Source of the DNA: Balamuthia mandrillaris | Taxonomy: Eukaryota | Length of the DNA: 31,833 nucleotides | Assembly (NCBI GenBank): GCA_031835245.2 | Contig: JAVKOQ020000037.1 | Location: forward strand, 248,001 to 279,833 | Reading direction: 5' to 3' | Shown here: positions 23,642-31,833 of the stretch, piece after piece | How positions within the stretch are numbered: position 1 is the first letter of the stretch | How the letters are laid out: every line of letters starts with the position of its first letter | Notes under the pieces: generated by a model | Databases searched by the model: none | Told to the model about the DNA's origin: nothing | The model's input: the letters and a program-made list of their open reading frames with translations, nothing else | Translations under genes and position numbers: made by a program

Positions 23642-26072
23642 CTAAGATGGAGATTGTTTCCAACGAAGAATACCAAGACTTTCCAACAAAGCATCCAATG
23701 CTACCACTTTTCTTCTATGTTCCAACAGCTGCCTTTGTCTATACTCGATCGGTCTATCTTCTTCGTCTTCCTCACCCTCTTCTTCTTCATTTTCAACAGC
23801 ACTGTCTCCGCTCATTCCATAAAACTCGGCTAAGTAGGCACGAATGTCATCAACGATAGGAACCGAGTCTGTTGCTTGTCTGTCCTTAATTGAAAATGCG
23901 CTCTCTTTGACCAAGTCGATGAACAGTTGTCTCGTAGATGTTTGTTTCTCCGTTTCGTCTCCCTCTTTCGCTTCAGTCTCTTTCTGTTTCTCGTCTTCTT
24001 CCTTGTTCTCTTCTTCTTGCAGAATAGTATCCAAGTTTAGAGCGATGAAACGAGTGCAATAGTCCTCCAGCCTAGGAAGTTCAAACAGTTGAGCGTAACG
24101 AATCAACTCGAAGACGTTTGTGGAAGTGGTGAATTGTGTGATGAGCATCGCGCATTGATTCTTAAGAACAGGGAGAATCATCATGTTAGCTGTCTGCATT
24201 ACTTCCAGCAACAGATTATAATGCCGTTCTTGTTCTGAAAGAGAAAATGAAGAAGAGAAGAAGAAGAAGAAGAAGAAGAAGAACGAGAAGAAGAAGGTGG
24301 TGGAAAGGAATAAGAAAGTTTGTCGGTGTAAATAAAGTCGACGATCATGGCGAAGGCTTCTTCCGAAAAGCCTTCCACTTTTACTTCTTCAATTTCATCT
24401 TCCGAACTTGTTGACGAAGAAAGCAAAAGCGAGAGTTGTGTTACATCTTCATCTTCTTCTTGTTGAGAAGAAACTTCTCTAAAACTGCCCATAAGGAGAG
24501 TCGCAAAGTATTCACAACGACCACAGAAGAAAAGTTTGTGACAGCGAAATTGGCGACGATCGTTCACCGAGAAAATTACATCAGCATAGTCATCACCGTC
24601 GTCGTCTTGTAGTTTGCCAAAGAGAGCACGTTGAGAAACCTTTCCTAAGTCATGCTGCAAAGGTGTTGTTATCTGATGGATGGGAATGGAGTCTCCCTCA
24701 TGCTTTCTTTGTTCGAGATCTATTGCTTCTACCACTAAACGTTCCACGTGATACTGTGTTAAACAACAGAAGATGTCAGAGCGAAGAAAGAACAAGAGAA
24801 ATAAGAGAGCGAAGGTACCTTGCTATCGTGTTCGTTCTCTCTTTCGAGAGCAGCACATAGTTCATGTAAACCACATTTCCGGCACAGCAACGCACAATCT
24901 GTGACAAGAGTGCGATCGATTTCCAGCCGCTCCGTATAAAGGAACTGAAGAACTGCCTTAAAAGCAGTCGCGTTCATTCGGGCATGACGAAGAAACACCT
25001 TGGGCTTGTCTTTCCATCGCGTTAGGAGCATGTTCTTGAAGTACTCGCAACGAGCTGCCAGTATTACTCTGTGACATCGAAGTTTCTCCTCTGGAACAAA
25101 GAAAAAGGAAAAGAGGGATGACAGATTAGCTAATAGCGAAAGATAACAAGAAAACAACGGAAGTTCAAAAAGAATGTTAGCAACACTACCATTTTCTGGA
25201 TTGCCAACCACAAAAATAATATCGCTGTACTTCAAGAAAGGATTGGTCGCACGAATACTTGAAGTTTGAAAAGCAGAAGACGAAGAAGACGAAAGCGACG
25301 ACTGCATCACCGAAGAAGAGGAATCCGAGAGCGAGGCCGTCGCCGACCGCGTAGGAAGATAACAGGAACGCATGAACAGGGAGAAAGGGTCGTGCTTCCT
25401 CACGACGGCTTTGTGCTTGCGGAGAATGTTTCGAATCTCGTTGGTGAGAGCGCCGTGGAAGCAGCGCTCCCCATCAAACGTGTTCTCCTCGCAGCGAGCC
25501 CCTTGTTCTAGCAGATAGAGCACAACGTCCTTGTGCCCCGCCAAGCAGGCATAGTACAGCGGCTATGTTCATGTGTGAAAGAAGAGGGAGAACGAAAAGA
25601 AGACAGTGAGGAAGAAAGAACGAAAAGCAGAAGAGAAAGAGGGGGGGGGGGGGGGGAGAGAGAGAAGGAAGAAGCAAAGAAGAAGAGGAATGAAAAAAGA
25701 AGCACAACGACGGAAGGAGAAGGAGAAGAAGCACGCAGAAAGGGAGGAGTACCGTGCTGTCCCAACGGTCTCGCTGATTGACAGGAAGGCCAACCACCTC
25801 CACCATGTAGCGCACGCTGTCCAACTTGCCAGCACGGCAAGCAAGAAATAGGTCTTCGTCCACAACACTGCTCGTGGTAGTCGATTTCGACCGGGATCTT
25901 CTCAAAATCGGCCGGGTGAGAAGGTCATCATGGAATCCCTCACCATCATCTTTGTGGTTTTTTTTTGGGAGATCAGTTCAAGAGGAAAAACAAAAAAAAA
26001 GTGGTGGCAGAGAAGAAGAAACACAAAACCTGGGACAAGTGGCGGAGGTGAATCGCTGTCACTGCCGCTCAT
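23642..26072 (-). CDS. ABTB1: Ankyrin repeat and BTB/POZ domain protein (ABTB1-like Cul3 adaptor)
   Basis: Exons 26072-26030, 25949-25753, 25562-25190, 25090-24819, 24753-23642, with a frame break at ~24235-24284 (see findings). Signature DRWDSTPLYYACLAGH..GARCEENTFDGERC; two BTBs (CHRVILAARCEYF, CHKLFFCGRCEYF); C-terminal ESAFSIKDRQATDSVPIVDDIR. Confidence 0.92.
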
Positions 26073-26358
26073 CTTGCAAGCAAACAACAAAAAAATGATT
26101 GTATTTCACTACAGCGCCATGGTTCAGTTTGACAGTGGTCCTGGTCGACACTAATTTTTCCAGCTAAAAGAAGTGGGGAAGCGGAGGGACATATTTAGCT
26201 GCCCTTTTTTCCCTTGCCATTTCTTCTCAGCGAGTATGTAAAAAAGTTTTTCCTGGAAATTTTTCAGAGTAGAAACTCCGGATAGCGAGCAACGACTCTT
26301 CGAACAGATAAAGAAACATCTGCTGAACGTTATAAACACAACTTCCTCCGAATGCAGC

Positions 26359-27318
26359 ATGAGGGGAAAAAATTGTACGGGGAGTCCAGGGAGCGACCTG
26401 CGTTCGGTTCTGCTTTCGGTGGTTCCAAAACGAAGCAGGGGCAAAGAGCCGACAACAACGATAGCTCGAGCGGAGAGATTCTCCGGAATGATTGCTCCAT
26501 CTTGCCATGCCGCTGAGTATGCCCGGAGGAGTCTGTACCTCATTTACACCTCCAATAAGTTCGAAGGGTCTCGACTCACCCAAGAGGAGACATTCACCAT
26601 TCTCCACACCTTTGTGGGTAAAACGGACGAACATGAAATAGCAAAAGTCGTGCAAGCAGAGCCTCCTCAGTTGGAGAAGCACAGAAGAAATGATCAAACA
26701 CACTCATGCCTTGTTGATGGAGGGGTTCCTAGACGCAGACGGACACGACGTGCAACCTGGACGGTACCGAACGGAAGCAGTCAGTGCCGGCGGTCGGTCG
26801 TTTCTGGATGAAAGGTATGCAAGAAAAGAGGAAATGATCACTCCACGTTTGCTTTCTTTGAACCTTGTTCTAACACCATGTCCAGACTTGTTCCTTCGGC
26901 GATGCACAGTCGGTGCTCGCCTTCAACCAACTCGTAGCCCGCAACAAAGGAGCAACGGAAGAGAAGGTTGACAGCTGCTTGTTGGCCGCATGGCTCAAGG
27001 CAGAGTTCTCGCTAATTCATCCATTCAACGATGGTAATGGATGCTGTTCAACTATGCCTTGCGTTTAACCTCTAACTTTCCCTTCTTTGCTGCCGTGATC
27101 GGCAGCGGCAGCGGCAGCGAAAACGAAAGGTTTACTTGAAGGCGTTGAAGGAGTACCAAAAGTTTGCAAAGTGGGAGGTCGAGGATGAACCCACCATGAG
27201 GAACAGAAAGTATGGAGGTATTTGGGGTTGGGCTGCGTCCAGCGTTGAGTCCAGCTGGGCACACTACTTTCGCCTCTTAGAAGAGATGCAACATCACTCG
27301 ATTAGTTCGTGTGTGTAA
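26359..27318 (+). pseudogene. Fic/Fido-domain (AMPylase-like) pseudogene with one spliceosomal intron and several frameshifts
   Basis: Fic blocks in the right order across changing frames: IYTSNKFEGSRLTQEET, HTHALLMEG..PGRYRTEAVSAG, AAWLKAEFSLIHPFNDGNG (27018-27041), MLFNYAL, RKVYLKAL. GT-AG intron 26815-26885. Frameshifts near 26688, 26911, 27041 and ~27110. The 5' boundary is uncertain. Confidence 0.82.
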
Positions 27319-27496
27319 ACAGCAAAAGGATACTTGCAGACGAGAATGATGTTCATTCCGTTTGTTTTGGGTGTTCGTGGTGTTCCCTATTCCGGTAGCG
27401 TTAAAGTAAAATGTGAACTCGTTGTGCGTTGTTAACTTACATTCATTCTCTTCCTCTCACTTCTCTACTTTCTGTTGTTGCATTGCTCGTTTGACC

Positions 27497-28703
27497 TCAA
27501 ACAACGACACACTCGTTCTCGGATAAGATAGGAATGTCGGGATCGGGAGCGATGGCAACGGTGTAGCCAGGGCCACCCCACGAGACGCAAGGATAAAGCT
27601 CCAGCCAAGCCCAGGTCAGCCGTTTGTCGAGGAAGAGTTTGTCGCTCACTTGCACCCCATTGACGAACCAGGCGATGGCGCCTCGTATGAGATCCACGTA
27701 GAGCCCAACCACATCACCCGCGCCAAAGCCTTTGCCGTCAGGTCCTTCTGGACGTTCCATGTTGAGCCTGATCCTGTGAGAAGTTCAGACAAGACAAGAA
27801 AGAAAGAAGATATAAATAAGAAATGGTAAGAAACGAAAGAATGATCATTCGTACTCTCCAGTGTTACGCAAGGCCCAAGACTTGAAGGCGTTGCGTATGC
27901 AGGAGTTGTCGTCCATGGCGCACGTGTAGTAGTTCACCTCTCGCTCTGCAACGCCAATGCGGAACGACTTGCCAGAGAATTGAAGGAGTTTGAACTCCAA
28001 GTAATGAACCTGACCTTTCTTCAACGGTCGCAACAAAGTGCTGTTCACCCATCGGCCAGCAAAAATGCTGTGTGGTTTCTTTCCTGTAAATATGTGTTTT
28101 TTTGCATAGCAAAGAAGAAGGAATGAGAAAGAAGAAAAGAGAAGGAAGACAAACAAAAAGAAGAACGTAACGAACGATACGCAAGAAGGAAAGAAAGAAA
28201 GAAAGAAAGAAACGACAAGAAAGAAGAAACGACAAGAAAGAAACTACAAGAAACAAACCTCTACGGGCAACAAGGCTTGCCCCGCCTTTATCCTCAGGGT
28301 CCAACACTAGAACACGGGAGGCGTCCCACTGGTAGATATACGGATACCGAACCCTCTCCACGATCATGACGATGAGCTCCTTGGGCAGCAGGGCGAAGAG
28401 GCACCCCTCGTCGAGGTGGTGGCCCAGCAGCACCAGCAGCTTGGCCCGTCGGTAGTCGGCCATGCCCCATATCAGCTTATGGTGAAAACTGAGGTTGTTG
28501 TTGAGTGGATCCGCTGTTGTTGTCGTCGTCGTTCTTCTTGAGCTGCTCTTCCCTTGCTCTTCCTCCTCGTTGCTCTTGTTGTTATTATTGTTCTGTTGGG
28601 TGGATGGGGATTGGCCGCGGTGGTGGTCTTTGTGCTTCTGCTGGGCGTCAGCATCGTCAACGTCCACGTCGTCGTCGTCCTCGTTGGTTTTTTTCTTCCT
28701 CAT
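27497..28703 (-). CDS. SPRY/B30.2-domain protein with degenerate F-box-like N-terminal motif; 3 exons
   Basis: Exons 28703-28259, 28083-27855, 27773-27497. SPRY-like VHYLEFKL..FRIGVA..SWAL..GFGAGDVVGLYVDLIRGAIAWFVNGV..LYPCVS. F-box-like FALLPKELIVMIVERV. The start codon is uncertain. Confidence 0.8.
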
Positions 28704-29080
28704 GATGTTGAACCGCTGGTGCCAGGGAAGAACGTTGGCGTTCTCCTCCTTCCTCTGCCTCCTCTGCTGCAGATAACGTTTCAGGCGGTGGTTTCCCCTC
28801 AGTTTTGTTCTTACCGTTCGTTTTGCTACGCACAACGTAGCAAAACAAAAAATTTGTTCTCTAATTTTTTTGTTACAAAGGAAAAATAAAATTTTGTGAG
28901 CGAAAAAAAAAATCGACGATATTTTGTCCAAGTGTCGACAAAATATATAATTCGCTGATAGAGTTTTTATTTGACGACAATAATTACACCGCTATTAGGT
29001 TGACAGGATGTTCAGACACTAGCGAGATTGACCTGTGTGTCGACATGAGAACAAAGGCAACAAACGAAAAGAAAAGAAAA

Positions 29081-30518
29081 ATGGAATACGGAACACTGAT
29101 CGCCACACTGAAGGAACTCGCTCCGCTCGAGCTCGCGGAAAGCTGGGACAACGTGGGAGGTATATATGCCAACTTTTTTGTTTCCCCATTCACCAAGTTT
29201 CATGAACACAATTCAACCATCGTTTTTTTCAATGAAAAATAAAAGTGTTGCTGCAGCCAACAAATGTGACAAACAAGACCGCCATTGCTGCCGTTTTCAT
29301 GACCATCGACCTGACGGAGGAAGTGCTGGAGGAGGCCATCGCGTTCAAGCAGGAGAGCAGCCCGCAGCAGCCGCTTTTGCTGGTGGCCTATCACCCTCCT
29401 TTGTTCACCTCCTTCAAGCGGTTGACGTCCTCCGATCCAAAGCAACGCATTGCCATTCGCTGCATCGAACACAGTATCGCCATTTACTCCCCTCACTCTG
29501 CTTTGGTACACGTTCCTTCCTTTCGTTCTAGTCTCGTTTGTTCTCGTGCTCGTATTGTTCTTGTTCTTCTTGTTTTCTTGGCGTTTGTTATCTATTCATT
29601 CTTGTCGCTGTAAATAATAGGATGGAGTGGAAGGAGGTATCAATGATTGGTTGGCAGAAGGCTTGGGCGAAGCGAAAGAAGTGAGGCCCATAACGCCCGC
29701 GATGACGTTGCCCACTTCCAACCAAACTCACAAAGTGGCGTTGACCTTTTCTAGTAACTCTTCATCCTCAGCGGAAGAGGAAGCTACTAGTAACACACTC
29801 AAAGAAGAACTAGGGTTGGAGGCGGTAGACCACCTACCTTCGAGTGAACCTGGCCAACGGAGGTTGGAGTTCTTTGTGAACAAATCTACCTTGTCCAAAC
29901 TTTCTGATGTTTTAGATCGAGTACGATTATTTCCCTGTTCTTTTTTTCTGTCTTTTATATCTTCTGTTCTTCTCTCTATTCGTTTCTCATAAATCTGTAT
30001 AACAGTTGTTCAAAGGAAAAGAACTTCCTCGTTGGGAGGTGTATGCCTTGAGTGAAGTACCAAAACCAAGCACGGGAACAGGCCGCCTTGTCACCCTCAA
30101 AGAAGCTGTTCCTCTTCCTACCATGATAGAGCGGATCAAGAAGCATCTCAACCTTCCTTTTCTCCGTGTAGGCGCTTCACGGAAACATGCCCCCAAGAAA
30201 GAAGGAGCTGGAGAATCATCATCAGGAGGGGATCACATTCGAACAATCGCCATTTGTGCTGGCTCAGGAGCATCCGTCGTACGAGGCGCTCGAGCGGATC
30301 TCGTCTTGACGGGAGAGATGAGCCACCACGAAGTGCTTGCCGCTATGGCCAAAGGCACGTCGGTGGTACTTAGTGAACACTCGAACAGTGAGAGGGGATA
30401 TCTACCCGTATTCAAGAAGCGGTTGGAGGAGAAGGTGAAGATGGCTTGCAGCCCTACAGACCACCCCATCAAAATCCATGTTTCCTCTGTTGATTGTGAT
30501 CCTTTAGTCGTTCTTTGA
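29081..30518 (+). CDS. NIF3L1: NIF3-like protein (NIF3/YbgI/DUF34 metal-binding family); 4 exons
   Basis: Exons 29081-29159, 29246-29505, 29621-29920, 30006-30518 (alternative in-frame ATG at 29045). APLELAESWDNVG..TIDLTEEVLEEA..AYHPPLF..IAIYSPHSALD..GGINDWLA..GTGR..IAICAGSGASV..ADLVLTGEMSHHEVL..EHSNSERGYL..DCDPL. Confidence 0.95.
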
Positions 30519-30586
30519 TCAACAAGCTTTTCACCATGGTTTTTATTGTCTTTCTTTTGATAACAGTTGTGTCTTTCTCTTCCGCT

Positions 30587-31614
30587 TTATAAGAAATGCT
30601 CCTTTGCATCAGCGCAAGGCTTTCTAGCCTTTCTTTGTTCCGAATATTCTTTCAGCACCCGACGTCTCCTTCTCTTTTTCTTGCTTTGTCGTCGACCTGC
30701 CACAACCACTGCATCGTCCTCAGAACTGCACTTGTCTTCAAATGTTGCCTTGGCTTCTTTCTCAGAATCTGCGTAGGAATTGGTCCCAGTGTCCCCACGA
30801 GCAGAGAGTGAATTGGGTGACACGAAATGCTGAAACGATGGAGTAAACGAATCGGATGAGTTACTCCCAACAGGCCAAAAGTACCCCAACTCTCTCCTGT
30901 CTCTACTGAACGAAGCCCAGAGATGGTCACAATGTTCCACCATCTCGACCACCCGTCCACTTGATGCTTGACGGGAGGAGATTGGCTGTCCAAAGATATT
31001 CCAGACGACAATCTTCCCAACCACGTGACCACTGCAACGACGGCAAAAGATAGGTTTGTTGGAGAGAAGAAGGAAACGGGTACAAACCTGACAAGCTGTC
31101 CTTTGAAGGTTGCCAAGGATGAAATACATTTCTTGACCTGTCAAGGGTCCAATCATCATTCCACACCTGCAGTGCATCCGATCGTCCCACGCACACAAGA
31201 CAGGTCCATATAGTCATTGCATAGATCGATTGGTTCGTATTGCCGGTGGCAAGGCAGCGGCATGTATTGGTCGAACTGCAGTGTTCCCAAACCTTCAAAC
31301 ATTGATCTCCTCCAGCATTGATGAGGTGGCCTCGTTGCGCCATACAGTATACAGCTTGACGGTGGGATCCCTGAGGAAGAGAAAAACAATGCTCTAGTTC
31401 ATTACATCTGAAGAGCTTTCGAACGACGTTAACACTGCCTTCCGAGCCACTGCAACATAAAGGTTCTTCTGCACTCACTTGCCATGTTGCAAGTACCACC
31501 AGCTTTTCTCTGAACCGGCCACACAGATGGAATATGTCATAACGACCAACCTGAGAGACTAACGGAAGAATGGACCATGCCACCAGCCATCTCGCTCTCT
31601 ACCATGCGAAACAT
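30587..31614 (-). pseudogene. WD40-repeat gene, apparently frameshifted/degraded
   Basis: WD-like blades SHRQAVYCMAQRGHLINAGGDQCLKVW and SIYAMTIW..ALQVW, then after a frameshift near 31140 and intron 31032-31087, CISSLATFKGQLVSGHVVGKIVVWN. The start (ATG 31614 via a putative intron) is tentative. Confidence 0.55.
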
Positions 31615-31833
31615 CTCAGATGTCTGTGGCAACTTGGTGGTCCTCCTTACAGAGCGAGCACCACCTTAAAAAATTTAAATTTTTTCCTGGAAAAAATTCG
31701 CCGAACCCTAACCTAGGGTTATAGTAAGAAGGGAGAAAGAAAGGAAACCAACCTTCCAGCGGTTTTTTCATCTTTGCGTTGCGCCCCTCCCCCCTCCCCT
31801 GAAAGAAACGGATTAGGAGGAAGTGAAAATCGC

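Noticed and set aside
26247..31693. Mobile element bounded by the shared 13-mer
   Set aside because: No transposase/RT, target-site duplication or extended terminal repeat, and the interval contains conserved NIF3L1.

Overview
Gene-dense, intron-rich eukaryotic nuclear DNA with short GT-AG introns full of CT/TTC microsatellites. The gene content (Frizzled/Smoothened-like receptor, many F-box fusions) suggests a free-living amoebozoan, but that is an inference. I spliced the genes by hand and found 13 apparently protein-coding genes: a C2-ankyrin-2x calpain-III protein, NDUFB11-like, an ApaG-domain protein, VPS25, an F-box/Arf-like GTPase fusion, a degenerate Ras-like protein, a secreted vanadium haloperoxidase/PAP2-family enzyme, a Frizzled/Smoothened-like GPCR, NFXL1, an F-box/C2-like protein, ABTB1, an F-box-like/SPRY protein and NIF3L1. 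There are also two frameshifted relics: a Fic-domain gene and a WD40 gene. Most notable are two adjacent atypical small GTPases (one fused to an F-box), the bacterial-type haloperoxidase-like gene, an intron-containing Fic pseudogene missing exactly its RxxR catalytic segment, a concentration of ubiquitin-ligase adaptors, and a GTCGAC(A) motif recurring upstream of start codons. All domain calls come from motif recognition; no database searches were run. I found no RNA genes, CRISPR arrays or recognisable transposons.
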